From contig NW_003314300.1 of NCBI RefSeq assembly GCF_000143415.4, positions 956,181 to 1,020,180 on the forward strand: DNA of 64,000 nucleotides, in the 5' to 3' direction. How positions within the stretch are numbered: the stretch's first letter is position 1; each line of letters begins with the position of its first letter. Shown one piece after another: positions 1 to 10,597 of the stretch. The DNA comes from Selaginella moellendorffii. Taxonomy: Eukaryota; Plantae; Lycopodiophyta. The notes under the pieces are model-generated. The model had not been told where the DNA came from. It saw only the letters and a program-made list of their open reading frames with translations, and made no database searches. The position numbers were made by a program, and so were the translations under genes.

Positions 1-509
1 TTAAGCCTTGGCTTTTCCTTGAAAAGTAATTTAGTCGTGAACAACATTAACTTTACCAAATGAAGAGTTAGTGATTGATATTGAAGATGTTTATGAGTAT
101 TACCACATATTCACTCCTCATATTACCACATCCACTCCTTGATGATATATTATCTATAGTTGAGTATTATTGAAGGATTAGTCTCAAATATTGAGTAAGG
201 TATCTTCGACTTTGGTTAGCTTAGTTGTTAAAGAGTTTTGAGTGGTGATTCACTCTTGCTTTCTTTTAGTTTTGTTTTGGTGTTGATCGCATTGAAGCAA
301 TGTGTTGTTGTTGACATTGTTGTTGTTAGGATTTAAATGAAATGGAATGCCTCTCCGTAGGATTGATATTTAGTTTTATTAGTCTCGATGGAGATAGTGT
401 TAGTGATTTGGCTGTAACTTTGTGTTATTGGCATTTGTGCATTTGTGCATTTGCTGATTAGCAACTATTTTAACATTCAAATGAGCTAAGTAGCAAATTG
501 AGTTAATTG

Positions 510-1690
510 TTAATTTGAGTTGGCCATGGTAGGGCTGAGATGGTGGTTTAGTGGAGCTGGTTATGGTAGTGTAGGCAGCAGGTTAGAGGCAGTCTTGCAT
601 CAGCATATGTGTTAGTGGCCGTGTCAGTCATGTGCAACAATGTTGTGGTGTGGGGATGTTCTTGTTGCTTACTGGGCTCCACTCTCACGCCAAAGACTCT
701 CATGGAATGAGTGGAACCCTTATCATGTGGAATATCCCAGGAATCAAGATGTTCTAGCTGTCTCTGCACGTTTGGAAGTTGGTATGTCATGTTCATCCCA
801 GTGATCCGGTATGCTCATGGGAAGAGTGTGGTCTGTAGTGTCTGGTTGGGGTGTCAGTCTTGATGGGGAGATTTTTGCGTAGTTTGGCTGTGTTACGTGG
901 GCTGAGGGTGCTTGTGAGAAGAATGCTTGGATGGCCTTGCGACGAGCTCTTGCCATTGAAGTTGGTTGCTGTGTTGTGTAGTTTGAGTTGGCCGTGGTAG
1001 AACTGAGGTGGTGGTGTAGTGGATCACAGGCAGTAACTCAAAGCAGTGGCAGTCTCCAGTGGTGTGCAACAATGTTGCAGTGTGGGGAGTAGCTCCTTCT
1101 CATCCTTCAAGCCACTCTTCGGCACCGATACTTACAAGAGGATTACACTGTTGCAATGTCCAAGTTATTGGTGGATGCAGCAAAGAGGTCCTGGACATGT
1201 ATATTCATCCCAGTGATATGGTATACTTGGCTCAAGAACTATCAGTACATGTTACATCCCAATATCTCACAAATCCATGCAGGGCGCATTCTGCTCATCC
1301 AAAGTGAAGCCGCATCACCTCATTCCCTTGGCAAGGCTTCACGTCCCAGCAAACGAAGGCAAAGCTGTAAATGCTCGAGACACTCATTCTCTTATGTAAT
1401 GGTGGTCAGATGGAGCAGTTCATGTAAATGTTGTCCGATGTTCAGAATGCTCAATGGTGTAGCTTGGCAGTCTTTGCATAGGCTAAGGGTGCCCAGTGAG
1501 GAGAATTCCTGATGGTCTGGTAATGATGAAAGTTGTGTGATATTCTTGTGGTCATGTTTAATGGAGTTTAAGTTGTTCATCGTCTGGAAGAGAAATTTTT
1601 TATGGCTTTGTGACCTGTAAAAGCTGGTGTAGTTTGAGTTCGTGCAGCTCCACTACACCGCCACCACAGCCCTCCACAGCCAACTCCCCC
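510..1690 (-). repeat. Three copies of a ~50-bp motif (two direct, one inverted) delimiting two diverged, decayed ORF-like units; probable retroelement relic
   Basis: GAGTTGGCCRTGGTAGRRCTGAGRTGGTGGTKTAGTGGA occurs at ~517-560 and ~985-1025, with a reverse-complement-like copy at ~1643-1686. The two units share the internal blocks GTGCAACAATGTTG..GTGTGGGGA and TTCATCCCAGTGAT..GGTAT. Confidence 0.55.
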
Positions 1691-2180
1691 AAGCTAGACT
1701 AGGGAAAAACCAACCTTGAAAAAAATATAATTAATAAAATTCAAGAGCAAAATTCTAGATGCCCATACTAGGGATTGATGGAGGATCATTCCTTAAAATG
1801 CCAAAATGCAGGAGAGAAGGAGAAATATAAAAAGAAAAAAAAAAGATACAATGGACTAGCTTTTGACCATGATCTAAATGCACAGTTGAAAACTCAACCC
1901 ACTAGTGTTTGTCTTATCCAATTCCCAAAATCATGGAGCTCCACTCATTATCGCCACGAGACAACAATGTTCTTTGAGCTAAACACAAAAAGACAAAATG
2001 TTTGTCTTCCCCGGCACCAAGGAAAAATAACAAGCAAAAAAAAAAAAAGAAAGATGAACATGAGAATGACACAAAGCTGCGCTCATCCTAAGTGCCACAA
2101 AGTCATAAAGGGAGAAGAAAAACAAGCACTCTTGATAGTTTTTCTGCTGGTGGTCAAGAGCTTTGGATTTCATAAAAGAA

Positions 2181-3191
2181 CTATGAACTAGCAAGATACT
2201 TTCTAAAAGCAATCAAAGATTGCACAATCAAGCATCTAGACCTCTTATCCAGCAGTGCATCACAAGGGTCTGATGAGCCGAACTTTCTGGGACGGAATTT
2301 CCTCACCTCAGTGACAAAAGTAGGCCTTTGACCTCGTCTCACGCAATGAGCCAAAGCCTTTGTCATGGTGACAAGGTAAAAGGTCGGAAGCGTACCCATG
2401 AAAACGATTCCTGGAAAAACCATCTGTTCCGACATATCTCCCAAGTCGTGGACTTTATGAAGCCTCTCGTTCTCCTGTACAGCAGCCACTAATTCCGCCA
2501 AAAGCTGAGCTTCAGGATGATGACCTTTGTGCTCCCTGTCGTTGGCCACCTCTGAGCTCTTATCCTCGACAACCAGCATTTTAACTGTGGTAGCTTCATC
2601 CTCGACTGTGTGATCCGGATTTGCTTCTGTCTTATGATGGGACATCCGCAACGGAATGGTGATTCTGCTCCTTACAGAGCCGCCATTCCTGTCGTAGTGG
2701 AAATACTCCAACAGCTTCTTGACTAAATCGTCCACACATGACTCGTGCCCCTTGTGCGTTTTTGTGGCAGAGATAATGTCTTTCACCAACAATTCTATGG
2801 CACGAGACCTGAAGGAGATCTCTTTGGTAGAGGAGACCAAGTGAGCCGATGTCATATCTAGATCCAAAAATTCCTGCCATGAGTTACCAAACACCGTGCA
2901 AGGGGGCTCTCCAAAGAAATCTTGAAACGAATTGACCTCAGTGACCTTGAACTTGAAAAATTTGAGTTCCCTCTTACTCCAAGAAGATCCACTGCGGAAT
3001 CCGATTTCTTCTACCTCAGCCTCGCTCTCATCATCCTCCGCCTCACCCTCGCCATGCTCTGCCTCTCCCTCACTATCATCTTCTGCCTCGCCCTTGCCAT
3101 CCTCTGGCTCTCTCTCGCCATCCTCTGCCTCTCCCTCCCTATCTTCTTCTCCCTCACCCTCGCTATCGTCTTCAGCCCTCTTCCTCTTCAT
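2181..3191 (-). CDS. Putative PD-(D/E)xK restriction-endonuclease-fold protein with an acidic repeat N-terminus (copy 1, intact); probably has an upstream exon (intron 3193-3242)
   Basis: 336-aa open frame with an NLS-like KRKR and E/D/G/A repeats, then SGSSW..RELKFF, ESCVDD, PD(HTV)..VVEDK, PEAQLLAELVAAVQ and FPGIVFMGTLPTFY. A 50-bp GTGAGT...TTCAG intron joins ORF 3239-3472 in frame (CT|C = Leu). Confidence 0.75.
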   Translation of the reverse strand: MKRKRAEDDSEGEGEEDREGEAEDGEREPEDGKGEAEDDSEGEAEHGEGEAEDDESEAEVEEIGFRSGSSWSKRELKFFKFKVTEVNSFQDFFGEPPCTVFGNSWQEFLDLDMTSAHLVSSTKEISFRSRAIELLVKDIISATKTHKGHESCVDDLVKKLLEYFHYDRNGGSVRSRITIPLRMSHHKTEANPDHTVEDEATTVKMLVVEDKSSEVANDREHKGHHPEAQLLAELVAAVQENERLHKVHDLGDMSEQMVFPGIVFMGTLPTFYLVTMTKALAHCVRRGQRPTFVTEVRKFRPRKFGSSDPCDALLDKRSRCLIVQSLIAFRKYLASS

Positions 3192-6020
3192 GCTGAATGA
3201 AACCCTAAGAATATTGACTTATAGCTGACCATTAAAACTCACAGGTCCGACATTGTAAGCTTGTCCAAGTCGCTCCTGGAGCTTTGGATGGTTTCATTCT
3301 GCTCGTTATGCAAATTCATAGGAGCTTTAAGGACAGGGACCACTATCCAGAGGCATTGCTGCGTTTCAGGAGAACCTTGTTCCTCGGGAAGAGGCTTCTT
3401 TTGCCTGGGATTGTGATGCGGAGCACGTTTTACCTGATGGGCCTGGCTTCTCAACGAGAGTCGACCAGTCAAGGGGTGTTAGGAACCTGGAGGCTTGGTG
3501 TGCTTGGCTGCTTGTGCCTGCAGGGAGTGTAGCCGAACCTTAAGTCCAGTCTAACCCGGGGAGGGGGATTGGGAGAGATTTGGGAATCCGTAGATGGATG
3601 GCTAACACTCCGTTGCTCGTGCAGTGAGTAGCTGAAACCAAGTAGGACCAAGTAGGAGCTGGTATAATAGGCGGGAACCTTGGCGAGAGAACTTAGCACA
3701 ATCCAAGGCAGTGTTGGTCGGATAGACGAGGTAAGCTGGCAAATTTGAAAGGAAAAATTTGTGGCTTACATTTTCATCTTGCCTTCACTATAACTAAATA
3801 CTAAACTCGCGTTATTGAGTCATACACTTGTCCAACATAAACATAATACCCCAGGTACGAGATAAAGGTTCATGGACAAGCACGAACTAAATGATCACTC
3901 GAATCTAACTCAACCGCAATAAGCTCACTAATGCATTTAGCCAACAGCTCTGAGCATGCCTTGAAGAGGCTAGTTATGCATAACCAACACTTAGTCGAAA
4001 CTAAAGTGAAGATCATGAGATGGACTCATATCAGTACACAACCTCCTTATAAACAAAGCTATAGTACAGGTACCAACATTTCAACTGCAAACAACTAAAT
4101 TGGACATCACTATTCTCAGCCAAGGTGCAAGGCCACCAAGACTAAGTCAAGATTAGTGAGAGCTCACTACTCTTATAAAGTCTTAATGAAATGCAAAGTG
4201 CAACCTGCCACCAAACATAACGCTATAGAAGAAAGGCACAAGGGTCACCCTTCATAAAAAAGTGCAATAGCCACTTTTTTACACCAACTCCAAACTCTAT
4301 CCAACTGAATTGTCTTAGCTTCAAAAGTTAGCATCCCTTTCGAGTTGCATCATACAAACTACTTATTAAAGTTTAAGCTAACCAAAGTCAACTCCAACCC
4401 TTTTATTAGTTTGTACTGGCTTACAAAAATGGAATGGTTTTCGAGCAAAGTGATTAATAGATCTGCCATTGGAAAAGTTTAAGAAAATTTGTGGAAATTT
4501 TCCATCTTAGAGAAAAAATGACTCTCAATCTAGGAATACAAATTTTCAAAACTCAACTAACTTCCTCCTACCTAAAACTTCACATAAGTTCACCTTAACA
4601 AAAATTCTCATGATCCAACAATATACTTAAGCATTGAATATCTTTTTTTTTTTTTTTTTGCTCATACTTCCGACATCTAACATTGATATCCTCAAAAATG
4701 CAAAATGAACATCTAAGGCTTGATCAAGAAGACCATATCTTCAGATATCTACATTGCACTAACACTCTTTTTTAATCACCTTCAAGATCCAATGTGAAAC
4801 AAAAACACTAGCAAAAAAAATGACATGGAAAATCAAGTGTTAAGGAAAATTTCTCATCACTCAAACAACAACATACCACTTTCACTAACACAAATGTTAG
4901 TGATGTCAATGCCTCAACTACACATCTTCTCCATCCAACAATCTACTCCAAGTGCTAACGGATCAACCTATGAGCTATAGCAAATGACAACCTTTTTATG
5001 CCATGTGATATATGCCATGTGTCATATGCTACATATCCAAAGTACAGTGGTGCAAAACTCAAGGTTCAGGACCTTGGGCCACTGAACAAAGAAACAGTGC
5101 CAAACTCCCAAGCATGGAGCCAAGGAGTGATGGAACTAGACCATGGAACAACTCCCGAGCATACAGCCCAAGGAGTGAAGGGACAGGAGCCCGAAGCAAC
5201 TTGGAACAGTCCTAGAGCAACCAACATCCCAATGCTAAGACTAACACGCAAAACGAAGCCAAATGAAGTTTGGCATTATTTTGACATACCGGTGGCCTAA
5301 TGCAAGGATATGGGTACTCCACCAGCTAGCATGGAATGGAACTTGGGCTTAAACACAAGCCAGACGCAGAACAAGGACAGGCACACAAGTGGGAGCTAGA
5401 CTATGCCTCAGGTTGGTCGGCCATGCCTGACCTACTCACTATCCCTACTATACATTTGGAACCCCCCATAGCCTCCCTTAGTATCAGGAGTTAGTCTCTG
5501 GGACAAGCTCGAAACTTACTAAATATGGAATATCCCTAGGTTGCGAATTTGGACATGGGACAAACACCATTGTGTTCAGGCCGATCTCTACATACTGTAG
5601 ATATGCCAAATAAGCAAATCTGGACACTTTCCATAAATAGCATTTGGGACCAAAATGAGACTAACACAAAGGGCATAATAGCGAAGGTGTTTGGCAGATA
5701 TGGTAAGCTATCATCTAGCGATATTGAGGGACTAGTCTCAATATGTGAAGGTTCTTGTCAAGTCAATGCAAGACAAAGCAAAAGAGAACTAACAAGTGGG
5801 GCCAAGTATGCTAAACTAAATAGACACTTAGGAATTCCTTCCTTATGCTCGTCTGGCCAAGTGTAGATGTAAAGTTCAGTTTACTAACACTTGAATAAGA
5901 GGGACTAATAAAGGGTCTAGCAATACCAACCTCCTGCCATCGTGGCAGTAAGGTAAGAGTGTCCGTAAGGATTAGCCGACATGTAACTTTCGATACCTGA
6001 AGTCACATTCATGACATCTT

Positions 6021-7054
6021 GTTAGCACCTTTGCAACTACTATTAGATACTTCCTTCTCAATCGAGTGGTGTTCTAGCATTCTTGTCTAGAGCGGATTCT
6101 TTTGGATAATGGTCCCACATTTATAGCTGAGGCATTTCATGTTTTGATGTCTCAGTTGGGGATACACTACACTTTCACGAGTGCTTATCATCCACAATTA
6201 GACGATCTAGTGGAATGGCTCATTCGGACATTTAAAGGGATGATTGGGAAGTATGTAAACTTTTAGCATTTCGATTGGGATGATTATTTGCCATCTTTTA
6301 GGTATACATATGTCACAGAGGTGCAGAGTTCTGTTGGTGCTTCACCATATAAACTTCTATATGGTCATGATCCAATATTACCAACAAAGTTGGGTTTACC
6401 TTTGTGATTGCCACAAGCTGCTGATGCTAGGTCGTGGGATCAATATTTGACGAGCATTCATCCACTTGTCCGAGCAGAGTTTGCCAAACACTTAGGCGGC
6501 GTATAAGTGGGACAACAACAGCGTTACAACTCCCATCATCGTCCACCTATAGAATACAAAGTGGATGATTTAGTGTTACTCCATTTTCCCCATCTTACGG
6601 TATGTGGTTTATCCAAGGGGCTCCTTGTGCAGTGGAAAAGACTATATCAGGTGTTGCAGCAAGTTGGACCATAAGTTTATAAAGTTTGGCATGACTCCAG
6701 CAGGCCGATCCTCCAAAAATTGTGCATGTGCAGTGGTTGAAATATTTTATACAAAGGGATCAGGAGCAGTTAATACCATCTATAGATCCGCCAATGCCTC
6801 CTCCTGACGTTCCTCCAGATCCCAGCCCATCTACAAGAGAATTCTAATAGTCTTCCATTATTCCAAGAGGAGGGGATGATGTGAGGGCCAAGTGTACAGC
6901 TACGATGCCGTATATTAATATTAGCATAGTGGGATTTTGGTAGCCGTCGGATTGGTTTCAATCTGAACCACTCACTCCTATAGATAAGCTAGGGTTTTGG
7001 GCTAATTAATATGCATATTTTTTGCATTCCCTTTCCATATTCCAAGCACCCACA
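6021..7054 (+). mobile_element. 5'-truncated Ty3/gypsy copy (integrase C-terminal half, PPT, 3' LTR 6880-7054); same family as 9222-14216
   Basis: 6021-6879 is collinear with ~13193-14041. PPT GAGGAGGGGATGA; LTR TGTGAG...CCCACA. Confidence 0.9.
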
Positions 7055-7205
7055 TATGTATATATATATACATATACATATACATATATATACATACACA
7101 CACATACATATACATATACATACATATATATATACATATATATATACATACATACATATACACACATACATACAAATACATATACACATACATACATATA
7201 TATAT
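7055..7205. repeat. Compound (TA)/(CA)/(TACA) microsatellite abutting the LTR end
   Basis: ~150 bp of tatatacatatacata-type sequence; it generates the spurious ORFs at 6989-7241. Confidence 0.95.
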
Positions 7206-7259
7206 TGGATTTGCTTTAGGAAGTGAGACATTAAAATTCATATTTTACAACTATGATAT

Positions 7260-8000
7260 TTGTAAAATGATGTAAATAATTCCTTCTAGCAATGCCAGAA
7301 TATAGGGCCTCTTGGAAGACTTAGAGATCTCTCCATAGCAGTGTAAATTGCAAGAGTTCTTTCACAATTTTCTGATTGAAAGTTTTATACATGATTAAAA
7401 AAGATGAAGATGTATTATCTTTATAAAAATTGTCTAATATAATGGCAAGTACAAACAAAATCATATATTTATTATTAAATCCTAAAACAATATCAGACCA
7501 AACATCTAATCTTTCACTTCCATCTATATACTACATCTATGGCATCAGAATTTGTAGGTTACCAAGTTTGTACTCTTTTTTTAATTGAGATTTAACCTCA
7601 TTATATATATTTCCAATGAAAAGAAAATCACTATCTTATGGCAAATATAGGAATGAGCCTAACTTAAAGATCAAAGCTCTGCCTTAAATTTAGCCTCAGC
7701 CCCCAGATTGATTGCTAGAAATATTGTTAGATTGAAGTTCTGTGTTTTTATATCTTTATAAAAGACTCTGGTATAATTCTAGCAAAATTTTGCAACAGAA
7801 AACCACCATGAAGTGTCAAGAATTAGCAAGAAAAACTAATGGCTTGAATAAAATTTTCTTGTATCAGTTTTGACTATTCTGGTTGAGATCTATTGTCATA
7901 CATTCTTGGACATCAGAACGTCAAATTCATCATCACATCATCAAATCCCAAGAACATCCTTAGATGTGGATATGGATCTCCTTAGAAACTCAATCTCATT
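7260..8000 (+). mobile_element. Possible decayed DNA-transposon (hAT-like) coding relic
   Basis: AT-rich broken frames. PRLIARNIVRLK near 7700 weakly resembles a hAT dimerization-domain segment; no TIR/TSD established. Confidence 0.2.
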
Positions 8001-8339
8001 TGAGAAGTGAAAAACATCAATTGGAAGGCTTATCTTTCCTAGTTGTAGTTGATTTGATTTATGTTTTACCTTGTGTTATTTAAACTTCTTGTTAATTATT
8101 CATGGTTTATTATCTTTTATTACATGATAAATAAATAATTTACTGCATGTTGCATATAGTAATTGCTTAGTAATGTTATTTTAGTTTAGTATTATTTATG
8201 AATCCAATTGATCAATGTGTTATTCAATTAAGAATTCTCAAATTTTGGCTGAAAGAGAAGTTCAAATGAAACCACATTGACTGTTTTATGCTCCAACTCT
8301 ACTTTTTCATATTTTAGATTGTTGAAGCATCATGTCTCA

Positions 8340-8810
8340 TCATGTTTAAGTTGTTATCATAATTATAAATATGTTTATAATTTATAATACTGTAGATTAT
8401 GAAATATCTAGTAAATTTTATAATAAAAAACATGTTTATTAATAAAATAAAATATAAAATTAATCTAAATGAATAAATAAAATGGTAAAATATCCCAAAA
8501 TATCCAAACATATTTTATGTATTTACTATAGGTTTTCTTAAGCAAACCAAAATCCCAATAAAAAAATAAATGGATTTGTAGCATGCTCTTGACGAGTTTT
8601 TCTTGCCTGTGAGGAAAAATGCGTTACAAGCATCTTACATTTTCCCATGTCCCACTGGGTGCCATGGTGAGTTCTTTTTCTGTGAGTTTGGAAGCTTGAC
8701 AAACTTTCATAGTTTTAGCTCCATGAACTCTGAGGAAATATAAATGTAGTTTTATATCAAAGAAGATCGCTCTTTACCTCTCTGCAAATCCTTTTGGTGT
8801 CTCGTCGACT
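8340..8810 (-). repeat. Inverted, diverged copy joining the end of unit X (16170-16520) to the nuclease 3' flank (9000-9175)
   Basis: The reverse complement contains aaactcacagaaaaagaac, ggaaaatgtaagatgcttg and acgcatttttcctcacaggcaagaaa (cf. 16309-16433), then ttttggtttgcttaagaaaacctata and ttataaattataaacatatttataattat (cf. 9005-9170). Confidence 0.7.
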
Positions 8811-9221
8811 GCCCAAGGAGTTTTGGTGGCATCCCAGGAGCTGGGCGGAACAAGGCCTGGAAGCATTTGACAAAATACCCCTCCATCCAATGGCTGCCAT
8901 TTAGATGTAATGGCCTGAAAAGTCATCTCTCTTTAGTGCCAGGTATAAGAAGTATTTATTAGTTAAACTAACTATAATTTCCACATACTAATTATTGCCA
9001 ACATTTTTGGTTTGCTTAAGCAAATCTATAAGGGGAGTGAGTGGATATACATAAAATATATTTATAATTTATAAATTTTTCTAAACATTTCTTAGTATAT
9101 TCTTGTTTATTCTACCATCAAATGGAATTAATCTTTTTTTATAAATTGTAAACATGTTTATAATTATAAACTTTCATTTGATTAATTATATTAATAAATA
9201 CAAATTATTAAAATCAAAAAG

Positions 9222-9394
9222 TGTGAGGGCCAAGTGTACGGTTATGATCGTATACTAATATTAGCGTAGTGGGATTTTGGTAGCCGTTGGATTGGTTTCA
9301 ATCTGGACCACTCGCTCCTGTATATAAACTAAGGTTTTTGGGCTAATTAATATGCACATTTCTGTATTCCCTTTCCATATTCCAGGCACTCACA
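9222..9394 (+). repeat. 5' LTR (173 bp)
   Basis: TG...CA with a 6-bp terminal inverted repeat; differs from the 3' LTR by about 5 transitions and one small indel region. Confidence 0.95.
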
Positions 9395-9395
9395 T

Positions 9396-9411
9396 TGGTG
9401 GAGGTGAGGGG
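9396..9411 (+). promoter_or_regulatory. Primer-binding site, tRNA-Ala-like
   Basis: TGGTGGAGGTGAGGGG 1 nt after the LTR. The complement of the plant tRNA-Ala 3' end is TGGTGGAGATGCGGGG (recalled). Confidence 0.7.
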
Positions 9412-10535
9412 CACCTTTGATTGTCCCTAAGGAGTGCTTGGATTTGGGATTTTGGTTTAGATCTAGCTTTTGCATTGTCTAGATTTAGCTTTTTCCATTT
9501 CCTTTCTTTTGTTCTTTCTTTTCAGGGTTTTGGTTTAGATCTAGCTTTTTGCATTGTCTAGATCTACCATTTCCTTCTAGCTTTTTGTCATTTCTCTTCT
9601 TTTGCTCTTTCTTTTTTGTTCATCTTCATGGTAGATCAGCAATCTCCTCTTTTGACTCTAGAGCAACAGTTGGTACAATTGCTTAATGCTATGCGCTTGC
9701 AATTGAACAACTAAACTCAATTGATGGTGGCATTCACGGCACGTGGTACAACTCCTCCTGCTCTTGGTGCCAATCCTTGCGTTCGGCTAGAGTTCTTTCG
9801 CGGGAATCCTGGGGATGATGTGTACCATTGGTTCGATCACTTCACGGTGATTGCCACATATCATTCTTGGGATGATGCTTGACGGTTGCGTGAGTTTCCC
9901 ACGTGTCTCCAAGGGACGGCGTTGCAGTGGTACAATGGTTTGAGCACAGCCACTCGTGGGGATTGGAGTGTTCTCCCGGACGTCTTCAAACGCACCTTCG
10001 AACGTGCTGATGATTGTGATGATGCTTTTCAACAATTGCATTGTCTTCGCCAAGGGCCATCTAAGTCGGTAATGCAATTTGGCGTTCGTTTCCGAAGTCT
10101 TTTGCTTCGTGTGGAGCCAAATATGTTGGAGCGGATCAAGCTAGGAATGTTGTGGCCAGCACTTCGTCAAGATCTTGTTGGACTTGTGCATGCACTTGCT
10201 CCTGCCACCCTTGATGATGCTCTTCGCTTGGCACAACGTTATGAGACGTCGCCTCTTCCACTTCTCGTTGCATGTAATTCCGCTCCACTTCCTATGGGTG
10301 ATGGTCTTGTTCCAATGGAGGTTGATGCTGCTGCTGCTCGAGTCCAAGGACAAGCGCGAGGACGTGGTCGTGGCCGTGATGTTCGCTGCTAGGCATGTGA
10401 TGAAGTTGGTCATACTTATCGGCGTTGCCATCGTTTTCCAGATTAGCGACCTCCATTTTCTGGGTGGAGACCTTGGCGTCAGCAACATTTCGTGGGTGTT
10501 GTTGCAGTGGAAGCTCTGGACACCGAGATGCATCT

Positions 10536-10597
10536 GGGAAATGAGGCGTCGCACGAGTAACGGAGGGACCTTGCGCGAATAAATCAGTGACCCCTCC
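10536..10597 (+). promoter_or_regulatory. gag-pol -1 programmed ribosomal frameshift signal (G GGA AAT plus H-type pseudoknot)
   Basis: Heptamer is in the gag frame; 6-nt spacer; stem 1 10549-10557/10570-10578; stem 2 GGAGGG 10562-10567 / CCCTCC 10592-10597. The protease frame is -1 relative to gag. Confidence 0.75.

Noticed and set aside
510-1030. Hammerhead ribozyme in the repeated motif
   Set aside because: A CTGAGA-like word is present, but there is no CTGANGA...GAAA core with the required stems.
4998-6020. Short ORFs and small direct repeats (CCAAGGAGTGA)
   Set aside because: Probably TE debris, but I could not identify a domain or termini.
6989-7241. Five overlapping Y/I/V/C/H-rich ORFs
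   Set aside because: Translations of the TA/CA microsatellite.
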